Source of the DNA: Clostridia bacterium
GTDB lineage: Bacteria > Bacillota > Clostridia > Christensenellales > UMGS416
Direction of reading: 5' to 3'
NCBI GenBank assembly: GCA_030637745.1
Contig: DAOWFX010000123.1
Location: forward strand, 1,147-65,146
DNA: 64,000 bases
Part shown: piece after piece, positions 1 to 10,752 of the stretch
Position numbering within the stretch: the stretch's first letter is position 1
How the letters are laid out: every line of letters starts with the position of its first letter
The notes under the pieces: generated by a model
What the model saw: the letters and a program-made list of their open reading frames with translations, nothing else
The model's database searches: none
What the model was told of the DNA's origin: nothing
Made by a program: the position numbers and the translations under genes

Positions 1-2
1 CA

Positions 3-176
3 TTAATTGGTAAAGGCTCAGAAATAATAAAGAATATAGATATGGTTGGGAAGAACATGGAAACAGGGCAGGGTATGTGCAGTTCTGTATCAGGCTCAAT
101 ACCGACAGATGTTGGACAACCATTAATTCGAGTTAGCGAAATTACAGTAGGTGGAAGACAGGGGGGTGCATCATGA
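3..176 (+). CDS. TldD/PmbA-family metalloprotease, C-terminal fragment (5' end outside window)
   Basis: The frame ending at TGA 174-176 reads ...GKNMETGQGMCSSVSGSIPTDVGQPLIRVSEITVGG, a TldD-like C-terminus. It has an ATGA overlap with the next gene. Confidence 0.7.
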   Translation, partial: LIGKGSEIIKNIDMVGKNMETGQGMCSSVSGSIPTDVGQPLIRVSEITVGGRQGGAS

Positions 177-1522
177 ATATAAACTCATTTATTGATAAAC
201 TATTTGAAAGAGCAAGTGCATCAGATTTTACAGATTTCGAAGTTTTCTATTCCAGTGGAGATTCATTTCATGTGAAGGTATTTGAAGGCAAGGTAGATGA
301 CTATAGTGTGAACACATCATATGGTATATCTTTTCGTGGAATATACAATGGTAAAATGGGATATTCTTATACAGAAGCATTTGATGATGATGCATATGAT
401 ATGTTAATCGATAATGCCATGCAAAATGCGAAGGTGATAGAAAATGAGGATAAGCAATTTATCTTTGCAGGCAGTAAAAGCTACCAAGAACTGGACATGT
501 ATAATAAAGAATTAGATGAAGTATCAATAAGAGAGAAAATTAATGCTGCGCTGAAGCTTGAAAAGCTTACAAAGAGTGGACACCCTGCTATCGACTCAGT
601 TGCAAATACTGTCATACAGTCAGGAAGTGGAGATGTAAGAATCAAAAACTCCAAGGGATTAGATTTGTCATTTAAGAACAATTTATTATTTTGCTATGTA
701 GTTGCTATCGCAAAACAAGGCGATAAAATGATTGATGGTTCAGGCTATCAAATAGTTAAAGACTTTTCAAAGTTAGACATTCAAAAGATAGCAAATGATG
801 CAGTGGAAGATGCAGTATCTATGATGGATGCAAAATCAGTTGAAGCTGGAGAATACAAAATACTTTTTGAAAATGAATGTGCTGGTGACTTACTTGCTAC
901 TTTTTCTGGAATATTTTCAGCAGAAAATACTCAAAAAGATTTATCATTGCTAAAAGGTAAGGAAAACACAAAAATCGCAGCTGAAATTTTAACAATTATC
1001 GATGATCCACTGCTAGAGGATGGGAATGCTTCAATGCCATTTGATGGCGAAGGTGTTGCAACTTACACAAAAAACATTGTTGAAAGCGGTATACTAAAGA
1101 CATTGCTGCATAATTTAAAAACAGCAGAGGTAGATGGTGTGAAAACTACAGGTAACGCAGCAAAAGGCTCATACAAGTCTTCAATTGATGTTTCAGGCTC
1201 AAACTTCTACATCAAAGCAGGAGACAAGACATTTGATGAATTGTGTGAAGTTATTAAAGAAGGATTGATAATAACAGAGTTGATGGGACTTCACTCTGGC
1301 GCAAATGCTGTTTCAGGAGATTTTTCTTTACTTGCAAAAGGATTTAGAATCATCAATGGTAAAAAGGCAGATGCCGTTGAACAGATTACCATTGCAGGGA
1401 ACTTTTTCACACTACTCAACGAAATTGAACATATCGGAAGCGACTTGAAGTTTGGATTGCCTGGTGCTGCATGCATCGGTAGTCCCAGTATTGTTGTCAA
1501 GTCACTATCCGTTGCAAGCTAG
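173..1522 (+). CDS. TldD/PmbA (TldE)-family metalloprotease
   Basis: 449-aa ORF of family-typical length with a typical C-terminal region (GDFSLLAKGF...ITIAGNF). It is translationally coupled to the upstream TldD-like gene. Confidence 0.8.
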   Translation: MNINSFIDKLFERASASDFTDFEVFYSSGDSFHVKVFEGKVDDYSVNTSYGISFRGIYNGKMGYSYTEAFDDDAYDMLIDNAMQNAKVIENEDKQFIFAGSKSYQELDMYNKELDEVSIREKINAALKLEKLTKSGHPAIDSVANTVIQSGSGDVRIKNSKGLDLSFKNNLLFCYVVAIAKQGDKMIDGSGYQIVKDFSKLDIQKIANDAVEDAVSMMDAKSVEAGEYKILFENECAGDLLATFSGIFSAENTQKDLSLLKGKENTKIAAEILTIIDDPLLEDGNASMPFDGEGVATYTKNIVESGILKTLLHNLKTAEVDGVKTTGNAAKGSYKSSIDVSGSNFYIKAGDKTFDELCEVIKEGLIITELMGLHSGANAVSGDFSLLAKGFRIINGKKADAVEQITIAGNFFTLLNEIEHIGSDLKFGLPGAACIGSPSIVVKSLSVAS

Positions 1523-1530
1523 GGGTAAAG

Positions 1531-2358
1531 ATGATAGAAACTATTATGAAGTTTAGCAAAACAGAAAAGTCATGGGATGAAATATTAAGAACCCCGTGTA
1601 ATATCTTGGTAGACAAGATTTTTACAGGGTATGTAACAGTAAAAAAATATCACATGATCAAGACCCATGAAAAGTCGGATGTAAAGATGCCCGTATACTG
1701 CTATATCATCAGGCATAAAAGTGGCAATTATTTGATTGATGCAGGTCTTGATATGTCACATCAGACACAGGAATATGGTATGCAAAGAGGATTGTTTAAA
1801 AACTTTCTTGCATGTAGCGCAACACAAGAAAAAGGCGACAGTATAGGGGAATATCTGAAGAATAACAACATCAAACTCAAAGGCATCTTTATCACGCATA
1901 TGCATTTTGACCATACTGCAGGGCTTATTGACTTACCAGAGTATGATCGTATTATAATGTCCAAAGACGAACCCAAGAAAGAACACAAACCATTCCTGTA
2001 TGGGGATTATTTTAGGCACATCAAGCACATCGACCTTATTGATTTTGAAAGTGCTACGAAGATTAGTCCGTTGGGAGGTGCAATTGATTTCTTTGGAGAC
2101 GGTTCGTTATTTGTGATCGATACATATGGACATTCTGCAGGACACATATCCTTTGTTGTAAACTCAAAGACTGAACCACAATTTATTGCAAGTGATGCAT
2201 ACATCTATGAATCAGATGAGCTCACTTCAAAAGGTCCAGGAAAATACACACTGGATTACACAAAGGGATATCAAGTGATAAAGGATATTATTGCATTTGG
2301 CGAAGCATATCCAAATGTGAAGATTGTAACTGGTCATGGAAAACGTAATATACGTTAG
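1531..2358 (+). CDS. MBL-fold metallo-hydrolase (lactonase-like)
   Basis: HxHxDH motif (THMHFDHTAG) plus later His residues (GHSAGH, GHG). Confidence 0.8.
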   Translation: MIETIMKFSKTEKSWDEILRTPCNILVDKIFTGYVTVKKYHMIKTHEKSDVKMPVYCYIIRHKSGNYLIDAGLDMSHQTQEYGMQRGLFKNFLACSATQEKGDSIGEYLKNNNIKLKGIFITHMHFDHTAGLIDLPEYDRIIMSKDEPKKEHKPFLYGDYFRHIKHIDLIDFESATKISPLGGAIDFFGDGSLFVIDTYGHSAGHISFVVNSKTEPQFIASDAYIYESDELTSKGPGKYTLDYTKGYQVIKDIIAFGEAYPNVKIVTGHGKRNIR

Positions 2359-2438
2359 AAAGAAGATATAAATTATTGTATCTAATTGTTTCAAAAGAAT
2401 ATCTTCTACTTTGATGTAGCAGCTATTTGGTAAAACAA

Positions 2439-3371
2439 CTATTCATTTTCAATATGAATTTTTTCAATCTTTGATTTTTGCACTAATAGTACACCGGTAA
2501 GTATGATAATCAAAGAGATGACTACCTTGTAGGTAATTGATTCACCTAGAATAAGTGCGCCCAATAAGACTGCAATCACTGGATTTATATATGCATATGT
2601 TCCGGCTTTTGCGATTGGCCATGCCTTAAGTACATAGATATAAGCACTGTATCCTATGATGGAGCCAAATATCACAAGGTAAATTATTGCAAGTGCAGAG
2701 TTCATTGTCAGTACAAATCGGGATGCTTCGCCTAGGGATAGACCAATAATCAACAGTACAAAGCCGCCAGCCAGCATTTGAATAGCGATGTTTGTAACCA
2801 ATGCGCTTTCTGTCTTGACTCTTTTTGAATATACAGAACCAATGGACCAGAACAAGCAAGCCGATAGTATGAAAAACACTCCTTTTATGTTTGCATTGCC
2901 TATTCCATTGACGCCCATTGATAAAAACACTATACCGCCAAAGCCTATTAGCAATCCAATAACACCTAATGCACTAATTTTCTTCTCTTTTAATATAAAA
3001 ACTTCAATGGAAGCCATCATTAACGGAACAGAAGCTACCATGATGGACGCAACACCAGCATCCAGCCATTGTGCTGAAGTAACAAACAAGCCCATACCAC
3101 CTGTAAGCATAAGAAATCCTACCAAAGAAATTTTTGCAGTTTCTCCAATTCCTTTTGGAAATGGAAGACCTTTTATTTTTGCATAAATGAGCATAATGCT
3201 ACCTGCTATTAGCAATCTACTCGATGAAAAAAGCAAAGGAGGGAGATCTTTAACGCCTATTTTCATGGCAATATAAGTTGAGCCCCAGAAAAAGCAGACC
3301 GCAAGATATGCAAGTAGTGCTTTGGTATTATCTTTCATATGTTTCCTTGTTGTGCTGGATATAATGTTCAA
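2439..3371 (-). CDS. EamA/DMT-family transporter
   Basis: 310-aa polytopic membrane protein with about 10 hydrophobic segments and a two-halves EamA-like organisation. Confidence 0.75.
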   Translation of the reverse strand: MNIISSTTRKHMKDNTKALLAYLAVCFFWGSTYIAMKIGVKDLPPLLFSSSRLLIAGSIMLIYAKIKGLPFPKGIGETAKISLVGFLMLTGGMGLFVTSAQWLDAGVASIMVASVPLMMASIEVFILKEKKISALGVIGLLIGFGGIVFLSMGVNGIGNANIKGVFFILSACLFWSIGSVYSKRVKTESALVTNIAIQMLAGGFVLLIIGLSLGEASRFVLTMNSALAIIYLVIFGSIIGYSAYIYVLKAWPIAKAGTYAYINPVIAVLLGALILGESITYKVVISLIIILTGVLLVQKSKIEKIHIENE

Positions 3372-3410
3372 TCAAAAAAATCAAATGTAGTGCATGGGTT
3401 ACTCAGCGTA

Positions 3411-5108
3411 CTACATTTGATTGGGAGCTTCTACACCGATAAGCTCTAGGGCTGTTTTTATGACTTGCATAGATGCTTTTGTGAGAAGCAACCTTGCTCT
3501 GTTCTTTTTCTCATTATCATTATCAATGATGCGATGGTCGAAGTAGTATTTATTGAATTTCTGTGCAACTTCAACAACATAGCGTGTAATCATTGAGGGC
3601 TCATATCTCCTAGCAGCACCTTTTATGATATCTTCAAAGTCTGCTAGTGCTGTTATTAGCTGTGCTGCTTCATCATTATCAAGCTCACTATAGTCTGCTT
3701 CATCATCAAGTAAAATGTTACTTTTATTCAATACGCTGTTTGCTCTTGCATGGGTGTATTGAACATATGGTGCTGTTTCACCATCAAAGTTTAGAGCTTT
3801 GTCCCAAGAGAAAACAAGATCTTTGATGCGATTGTTTTTGAGCGCAGAAAATACTATTGAGCCAACACCAATCATTTTTGCGATTTTTTCTTTATTCTCA
3901 AGCTCTGGGTTTTTACCTTCAATAATATCAGTAGCTTTCTCGATAGCACGAGAAAGAAGATCTTTTAGTAGTACCATTCGTCCTTTTCTGGTGGACATAG
4001 CGCCATCTTCTAGGGAAACCATACCATAATTCACATGAAATAAATCATCACTCCACTCATACCCTGCGAGTTCAAGTACCTTAAAGAATTGTTTGAAGTG
4101 CAAATCTTGATGATAAGCAACAACGTACAAACATTTGCTAAAGTTAAATGTCTGCTTGCGATAAAGAGCAGTCGCCATGTCGCGTGTTGCATAGAGGCTG
4201 GCACCATCTGAACGAAGCATAATGCAAGGAGGCATATCATAGTCATCTAGACGTACAACCTGTGCTCCCTGATCTTTCACTAACAATCTGGTTTCTATTA
4301 GCTTGTCAATAACGGGTTGCATTTTATCGGTATAGAAGCTTTCACCTGTATAATAATCAAATTCAATACCAAGCAGATTATAAGTTTCATGAACCTCTTT
4401 TAGTGTGATTTCTTTTAACCAATTAAAGAGCTCTAAGGCCTCGGGGTTCTTATCCTCAACTTTTTTGAACCACATACGGGCTTGGTCTGCAAGTTCAGGA
4501 TGATTTTCCTCTTCTTCATGATACTTCACATACAGCCTTGTTAGCTCTTCAACTCCATATTGGTCAACCTTTTCTTTGTTGCCCCATTTTTCATAAGCAA
4601 CGATTAGCGTTCCATATTGTGTCCCATAATCACCAAGATGATTAATGCCAACACAGTTATATCCTAAAAATTCATATATTTGATATAATGAATGACCTAT
4701 TGCTGTTGTATAAAGATGCCCAAGGTGCAAAGGTTTTGCACCATTGACCGAGGAGTAATCAATACAAATAGTCTGACCATTACCTTCGTCTGAAGAACCA
4801 TACAGATCTCCTTTTTGAATGATTTCAGTCAGTGTTTGTTTTGCAAAACTTATCTTATCAATAAAGAAATTCAAGTATCCATTAACGCTTTTAACTTTCG
4901 ATAAATAGTCATTATCAGAAAACTTTTCTTTCAAATCATCTGCTATTTGATTTGGTGCTTTTCGAAGCGTGCGGGAAAGCTTGAAGCAAGGCAATGCAAA
5001 GTCTCCCATTTTGTTTTCTTTGGGAACTTCAATCATTTCGAGTATATCCTTATAAGATACTCCTGTGATTTCTGAAAGTTTTTCTGCGATTATATGTTTA
5101 TATTCCAT
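3411..5108 (-). CDS. argS: arginine--tRNA ligase
   Basis: 565 aa with class I signatures (PLHLGHL and MSTRKG) and an ArgRS-typical N-terminal and anticodon-binding layout. Confidence 0.93.
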   Translation of the reverse strand: MEYKHIIAEKLSEITGVSYKDILEMIEVPKENKMGDFALPCFKLSRTLRKAPNQIADDLKEKFSDNDYLSKVKSVNGYLNFFIDKISFAKQTLTEIIQKGDLYGSSDEGNGQTICIDYSSVNGAKPLHLGHLYTTAIGHSLYQIYEFLGYNCVGINHLGDYGTQYGTLIVAYEKWGNKEKVDQYGVEELTRLYVKYHEEEENHPELADQARMWFKKVEDKNPEALELFNWLKEITLKEVHETYNLLGIEFDYYTGESFYTDKMQPVIDKLIETRLLVKDQGAQVVRLDDYDMPPCIMLRSDGASLYATRDMATALYRKQTFNFSKCLYVVAYHQDLHFKQFFKVLELAGYEWSDDLFHVNYGMVSLEDGAMSTRKGRMVLLKDLLSRAIEKATDIIEGKNPELENKEKIAKMIGVGSIVFSALKNNRIKDLVFSWDKALNFDGETAPYVQYTHARANSVLNKSNILLDDEADYSELDNDEAAQLITALADFEDIIKGAARRYEPSMITRYVVEVAQKFNKYYFDHRIIDNDNEKKNRARLLLTKASMQVIKTALELIGVEAPNQM

Positions 5109-5301
5109 GCAAATACTGCTCCTGAATTTAGTTCATTAATTCTAACACTTGTAATTAGTGCAGTCAATCAAACTTAAGAAAGAAAGATAGTTTTACAAAA
5201 CAGTTTCTAATTGTTTTCTAATATTTCCTGAATAGCTTTATAAGTATATATGATTTATACTTTGATTAAATATTGGATATACCCATAAGGAGGAGTTTGT
5301 T

Positions 5302-5814
5302 GTGGAATACGGATATGAAAAGGTTTTAATGGTGCAACGTCGCTGTGGTGTAAGCTTTGAAGAAGCAGATAAGGCACTAAAGCAAACAAAAGGTGATGTT
5401 GATAAAGCATGTACATATGCAATACGGAAGAAAAACCAAGATAATTCTTGGTCAAAAAAGGTATTGAGTGCGTTAAATAACTTTGTTACTTATAGGATAA
5501 AGATTAACAAGAACGGAGAAACGCGTTTTAATATACCAATGGGGATTATTATCGTCATCATTTTTCTATACCTGATTGTTGTTTCAACAAGCTACTATTA
5601 CAGAAATTCAGGTATGGGTTTTATTTTATTCTGTGTTTTTGCTATAGTAGTACTTACAGGGCACACTCTAGAGATCACACCCGGAGAAAAGAAACAAGAA
5701 CAGAAGCTTGAAAAAGTCAATTCAAATATAATAGTTGAAGAAGAAGTGCTTGAAGTTTTTGCAGAAGATGAAGTACATGAGGATGATGAATATAATACAA
5801 TCGAGATAGAGTAA
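5302..5814 (+). CDS. membrane protein with UBA/TS-N-like N-terminal domain (DUF4342-like)
   Basis: GTG start 9 nt after AAGGAGG. The N-terminus VSFEEADKALKQTKGDVDKA is UBA-like, followed by two hydrophobic segments and an acidic tail. Confidence 0.6.
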   Translation: MEYGYEKVLMVQRRCGVSFEEADKALKQTKGDVDKACTYAIRKKNQDNSWSKKVLSALNNFVTYRIKINKNGETRFNIPMGIIIVIIFLYLIVVSTSYYYRNSGMGFILFCVFAIVVLTGHTLEITPGEKKQEQKLEKVNSNIIVEEEVLEVFAEDEVHEDDEYNTIEIE

Positions 5815-5825
5815 GGATAACTATA

Positions 5826-6521
5826 ATGGATAAAATACTGATTATTGAAGATGATATAAAGATTGCACGTTTTGTTGAGCTTGAATTAACACATGAAGGA
5901 TATAGTGTTGAAATTGCCCATGATGGCAGAGAAGGCCTGGGTATGGCACAAGCGATCAAGTATCAGGCAATATTGCTAGACTTGATGCTACCCAAACTTT
6001 CAGGCATAGAGGTATGCAGGCGCATACGCCAAGAAGATGAGTCAATACCGATTCTTATGCTCACTGCAAAAGACGATGTAACAGACAAGGTTACAGGGCT
6101 TGATATTGGTGCTGATGATTATATCACAAAGCCATTTGCGATCGAAGAGCTATTAGCAAGAATTCGTGTTGTTTTAAAAAGAAGTAGTAGAATGTCAAAG
6201 GTGGTTTCGGGCGTTACAAAAATCGGGCATCTAACGATAAATCCGGATGCACATGTAGTATCTGTCGAGGACGTTGAAATAGAGCTCACGGCACGAGAAT
6301 ATGATCTATTGTTATACCTTGTTGCAAACAAAAATTGTGCAGTTTCACGAGAGAAGATACTCAACGATGTTTGGGGATTTGACTATTTGGGTGAGACTAA
6401 TGTTGTTGATGTATATATATCGTATTTACGTTCTAAAATCGATCAGCCATATGGCGAGAAATTGATTAGGACAGTAAGAAGTGTAGGCTATATCATCAAG
6501 GAGGATGGGGTTGAGAAGTAA
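5826..6521 (+). CDS. OmpR-family response regulator
   Basis: REC domain (ILIIEDD...LLDLMLPKLSG) plus a winged-helix C-terminus (LTAREYDLLLYL...RTVRSVGY). Confidence 0.92.
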   Translation: MDKILIIEDDIKIARFVELELTHEGYSVEIAHDGREGLGMAQAIKYQAILLDLMLPKLSGIEVCRRIRQEDESIPILMLTAKDDVTDKVTGLDIGADDYITKPFAIEELLARIRVVLKRSSRMSKVVSGVTKIGHLTINPDAHVVSVEDVEIELTAREYDLLLYLVANKNCAVSREKILNDVWGFDYLGETNVVDVYISYLRSKIDQPYGEKLIRTVRSVGYIIKEDGVEK

Positions 6522-8355
6522 GAAAAACAGAAAATCAATTCGCTCCAAGATTGTTGTTGGGTATATCCGCATATATATAATAATATCATTTATACTACTT
6601 TTAGCGCTTGTTAGCACACTATACTTTGTAGGGTTTGTAGGAACACAAAGCTATGCAAAGGATGATATACAAGAAATTATTCATAATCTTCCGAAATACA
6701 ATGAAACAATTGATGTTGAAGATATATATAATAAAACAGCAAAACTCATGCCAGATTACATCATACGGTATGATTTGTTCTATGAAAGCGTAAATATTAA
6801 AGAAGAAGATTTATATGACAATACAATATATATAAATATTAAAAATGATTACATCGATCTTCAGCTACCAGTAGATATAAATATTAAAACTGAGCCATCT
6901 ATCACTCCAAAACCGATAACAACAGTGGATACAGAGAAGAAAGTTCTAAAGGATTTCGAAAACGTTCAACCAATTTTGGGATATGTAACAGCCAATGAAC
7001 TCAACGTGAGATCAGGGCCCAGTATGGCATATGAAATAATAGATATAGTAAAATACGGTGAAGAAATCAAGATATTAGAGCAAGGAAGTTGGCATGCAAT
7101 TTTACACAAGGATGAACTTGCCTATGTTGGATCAGAGTACACAATCATTGGATCCAACAAGCCTGAGCCAACGCCTAATCCAAACGATGACTTTTGGCGC
7201 ATACACAGTGAGCATCTTTTTTCAAAGAGTGGTACATCAACATATACAACCACTAGTTTTGATGAAAGACAGCGAGATAGTTCATTTTATAATTTGAAAG
7301 AAATAGACAGACTTTATGCTTCCTCAAGTACCACATGGTATGTTGAACATGAGAGTCAAGGATATATTCAACAGTCCTCATATCAGGTTAGAGCTGTTGT
7401 GGATATTACGAAAATCATTGAGGAATCAGTAATTTGGTCAATTCTTTTAATTGTTCTGATTGCATTTTCACTATTCTTCATAGCAGGGTTTATCTTAGTT
7501 GCAGTATATGGTGCTTATAAAACAAGAAAGTATCTCAAACCCATCAGTGACATTACAAAGCTTGCAAGTGAAATACAACCCAATAGTATGTATCGTATTA
7601 ACGTAAACACAGCAAGGTTTGAGCTTCAAGAGTTAGTAATTACTATTAATGACATGTTAGATAGACTTCAGGCAGCACACGTGAAGAGACGCAAATTTGT
7701 ATCGGATGTGTCTCATGAATTGCGTACACCGATATCTGTAATCACAGGTTATGCAAACATGTTAAAACGTTGGGCAAAGGATGATCAGGCAGTATTTGAT
7801 GAATCGGTTGAAGCAATTATTGAAGAGTCCGAGAATATGAAATATTTAGTTGAAAACCTTTTGTTTCTTGCAAGATGTGACAATGATCAACTGATGTATG
7901 ACATGGAAGTATTTGATGTCTCTAATCTGATTGAAGGTATTTACAAAGATGCAAATTTGATAGATAACAAGAAACATGATATCACAGGAGATATTGCACA
8001 GGGAGTTATTATCAATGGAGATCGAAACAGGTTGAAGCAGGCTTTTCGTGAGTTTGTACAAAATGCAATAAAATACACACCTCCTACAGAGAGCATTAAT
8101 ATCTCGTTGCAAAAACTAGGAGAAAAGGCCATAATAAATATAACTGACAAGGGTATCGGTATCAGCAAGAAAGATATGGGAAACATATTTAGCAGATTCT
8201 ACCGTGGCGATGTGTCAAGAAACAGAGATAATGGCGGATATGGCCTTGGTCTTTCCATCGCTCGTGAAATTGTCAGTGCGCATAATGGTAAAATTACAAT
8301 CAGAAGCAAGGAAGGCGTAGGCACAAGCGTTGTTTTATCGTTTGACCTAGCATAG
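6505..8355 (+). CDS. sensor histidine kinase with large extracytoplasmic region containing an SH3b-like domain
   Basis: H-box SHELRTPIS, N/G boxes (QNAIKYT, DKGIGI, GGYGLGL) and two TM segments flanking about 300 aa. The SH3b-like segment is NVRSGPSMAYEIIDIVKYGEEIKIL. It overlaps the response regulator gene by 17 nt. Confidence 0.9.
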   Translation: MGLRSKKNRKSIRSKIVVGYIRIYIIISFILLLALVSTLYFVGFVGTQSYAKDDIQEIIHNLPKYNETIDVEDIYNKTAKLMPDYIIRYDLFYESVNIKEEDLYDNTIYINIKNDYIDLQLPVDINIKTEPSITPKPITTVDTEKKVLKDFENVQPILGYVTANELNVRSGPSMAYEIIDIVKYGEEIKILEQGSWHAILHKDELAYVGSEYTIIGSNKPEPTPNPNDDFWRIHSEHLFSKSGTSTYTTTSFDERQRDSSFYNLKEIDRLYASSSTTWYVEHESQGYIQQSSYQVRAVVDITKIIEESVIWSILLIVLIAFSLFFIAGFILVAVYGAYKTRKYLKPISDITKLASEIQPNSMYRINVNTARFELQELVITINDMLDRLQAAHVKRRKFVSDVSHELRTPISVITGYANMLKRWAKDDQAVFDESVEAIIEESENMKYLVENLLFLARCDNDQLMYDMEVFDVSNLIEGIYKDANLIDNKKHDITGDIAQGVIINGDRNRLKQAFREFVQNAIKYTPPTESINISLQKLGEKAIINITDKGIGISKKDMGNIFSRFYRGDVSRNRDNGGYGLGLSIAREIVSAHNGKITIRSKEGVGTSVVLSFDLA

Positions 8356-8386
8356 AGGCAAACATAATTCCTTGTAAGGAGGAATT

Positions 8387-9412
8387 ATGATAAATAATTG
8401 TTTTGCAAGTGATAACTGTTCAGGGGTTCATTTTAAAATAATGCAAGCATTACATGATGTGAACATAGGACATGAAATATCTTACGGAAATGATCAATAC
8501 ACACAAGAAGCACTAGACCTCTTTAAAGAGTTGTTTGGTGCTTTTTCACGTATATATTTTGTCTATAACGGAACCGGTGCAAACTCATTAGCTCTTGGTA
8601 GTGTCTTGCGCCCTTATAGTGCAGTGATTACACCATCAACCGCTCACGTCAACGAAGATGAGACAGGGGCTCCTGAGAGATATTCAGGGTGTAAAGTCAT
8701 TGCCATTGACACAGACGACGGCAAATTGAGACCTGAGCATATAAAACCCTTCATACATTCACAGGGCGTTATGCATCATAGTCAGATAAAGGTTGCATCC
8801 ATAACAAATCCTACTGAAGTCGGAACGCTCTATTCTCCGCAGGAAATAAGAGTACTATCAGAATATCTACACGAACATGATATACTCTTACACATGGATG
8901 GTGCTCGTCTTGCAAACGCTGCTATAGCACTGGATCTTGGGTTTTGTGAAATTACTAAAGATTGTGGTGTTGATATCTTATCATTTGGTGCAACAAAAAA
9001 TGGATTGATGTTTGGTGAGGCCGTTGTCTTCTTAAATGAAAATTTGGGCGAAGACTTTATGTATATCAGGAAAAACGGAACACAGCTTCATTCTAAGATG
9101 CGATATATTTCCTGTCAATTTGCTACATATTTGAAAGATGATTTGTGGAAGAAGAACGCAACACATGCAAACACAATGGCAAGAAGACTATATGATGGAT
9201 TTTCTTCATTAGAGGGTATTACGTTGTTACATGAAACGGAATGCAACTCTGTTTTTGCAGTTATTTCAAATAATATTATGGAGCGTATTCAGAAAGAATA
9301 CTTATTTTATAATATTCATAGAAGTGATGAGCAAATCGTCTCAAGGTTTATGTGCTCTTTTGATACAAAAGAGGAAGAAATTGATCGACTTGTTGAATTA
9401 GCAAGGTCATAA
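8387..9412 (+). CDS. threonine aldolase / beta-eliminating lyase family (PLP enzyme)
   Basis: Motifs NGTGANSLAL, HMDGARLANA and SFGATKNG (PLP lysine), typical of low-specificity threonine aldolases. Confidence 0.8.
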   Translation: MINNCFASDNCSGVHFKIMQALHDVNIGHEISYGNDQYTQEALDLFKELFGAFSRIYFVYNGTGANSLALGSVLRPYSAVITPSTAHVNEDETGAPERYSGCKVIAIDTDDGKLRPEHIKPFIHSQGVMHHSQIKVASITNPTEVGTLYSPQEIRVLSEYLHEHDILLHMDGARLANAAIALDLGFCEITKDCGVDILSFGATKNGLMFGEAVVFLNENLGEDFMYIRKNGTQLHSKMRYISCQFATYLKDDLWKKNATHANTMARRLYDGFSSLEGITLLHETECNSVFAVISNNIMERIQKEYLFYNIHRSDEQIVSRFMCSFDTKEEEIDRLVELARS

Positions 9413-10645
9413 TGATCTTTTTCGCGTAGTTATACTTTTTACAATCCTTGGTTTTTCACGCAATAAAATTGGAATTAATTTTCCTTCGTATAGCCACGTA
9501 ACAAGCCAAGCAAATAGAATCGAGATTGTAAAGCTTATTAAAGTGAATAGATATTGCCATTGAACATCACCCGCCATATTTGGGTATTCAAATTGAGAAT
9601 ACGGAAAGTTCCAAGATTTGAGCTTTACTGCTATATATTGATGCCAGATATAGTAATTGAAAGATATTGATGATAAAAATACCATAACCCTATTTGAGTA
9701 TATCTTCCGATACCATTTCATTGCATATGAGGTACTCAATATGAATAGAAGAAATACAAACGCAATCCATGAACGATTGATTCCTTGCCAGTGCTGCAAA
9801 TTTACATTTCCCGAAATCCCAGCGAGGTCACGCATTGCAAAGTAGAGGACAATGAGTGATCCAATTGAAAGAATAGTAGAAAGTGGTGACCATATTTGGT
9901 ACTTGATTTTATTGATTGCAACATATGCATACGCACCAAATATTCCGATGGCTATCACATCAAAAAACGCAGGCAATTGATTGATGAACATTGCAGGTGC
10001 ATCAGCATTGTTAACAAGAAGCACACGAAATAACGTTCCAATCGCACACATGACAAGGAAAGTTCCGGTCGGGAATTTCTTAAACGCTTTGATAATAATC
10101 GGAAATAGAATATAGAACTGAATCAGTATCGCAACCGTCCATAACACAACATTAAGTTTCGTCCCGATATATGTATCAACAAAAAACGTTTGTGTGAAGG
10201 TTAAATGCGTCAATAAGTCTTTAAGAATCGCCCCAATACTCGCAAATTCTTGTGAAAAAAGTGCAATGTATAAGCAAATCAAAACACTGAATATATAAGA
10301 TGGTAAAATTCTTCTTGCTCTTCTTTTGTAAAATTCACTTGTACTAATGGTTTTATCACCAGATATCATTTGTCTCGCGTGGGGAAGAAATAATTGGAAT
10401 GCAGAAAGTAAGATAAACATATCCACCCATAAATAGCCGGCACGTGCCAAGGGAACAAGTAAATAGCGGGAACTACCAAATGAAATATATGGCATTAACC
10501 AAGATTGTTGCCATATATGAAACCAAGAAATGAGTCCAATTGCAAGCACACGAATACCATCAAGCACATCGACACGCTTGTTGGATATAGCATCTTTTTG
10601 TAGGTACTGTTTTATTTTATCTATCATTATAATTTGTAATTCCAT
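9407..10645 (-). CDS. acyltransferase family 3 membrane protein
   Basis: N-terminal VLDGIRVLAIGLISWFH motif and about 10 TM segments. Confidence 0.8.
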   Translation of the reverse strand: MELQIIMIDKIKQYLQKDAISNKRVDVLDGIRVLAIGLISWFHIWQQSWLMPYISFGSSRYLLVPLARAGYLWVDMFILLSAFQLFLPHARQMISGDKTISTSEFYKRRARRILPSYIFSVLICLYIALFSQEFASIGAILKDLLTHLTFTQTFFVDTYIGTKLNVVLWTVAILIQFYILFPIIIKAFKKFPTGTFLVMCAIGTLFRVLLVNNADAPAMFINQLPAFFDVIAIGIFGAYAYVAINKIKYQIWSPLSTILSIGSLIVLYFAMRDLAGISGNVNLQHWQGINRSWIAFVFLLFILSTSYAMKWYRKIYSNRVMVFLSSISFNYYIWHQYIAVKLKSWNFPYSQFEYPNMAGDVQWQYLFTLISFTISILFAWLVTWLYEGKLIPILLREKPRIVKSITTRKRSL

Positions 10646-10752
10646 ATTATTTTATTGCTATTATATCAAAAACTATGTAGGAATAACATAGTTTTTTGTT
10701 GAATACAACATGCTATAATGATAACATATCAATGATAGAAATGGAGGGAAAT

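Noticed and set aside
5109-5301. T-box leader upstream of argS
   Set aside because: Only about 150-190 nt are available, and I found no T-box consensus (the complement of ...GGTGGTACCGCG...) and no terminator/antiterminator pair.
9407-9412. 3'-end overlaps of convergent genes (ltaE-like/acyltransferase, 6 nt; gnd/HAD at 26017-26028, 12 nt), considered as possible antisense regulation
   Set aside because: Short convergent stop-codon overlaps are common in compact genomes, and no additional structure or motif supports a regulatory role.
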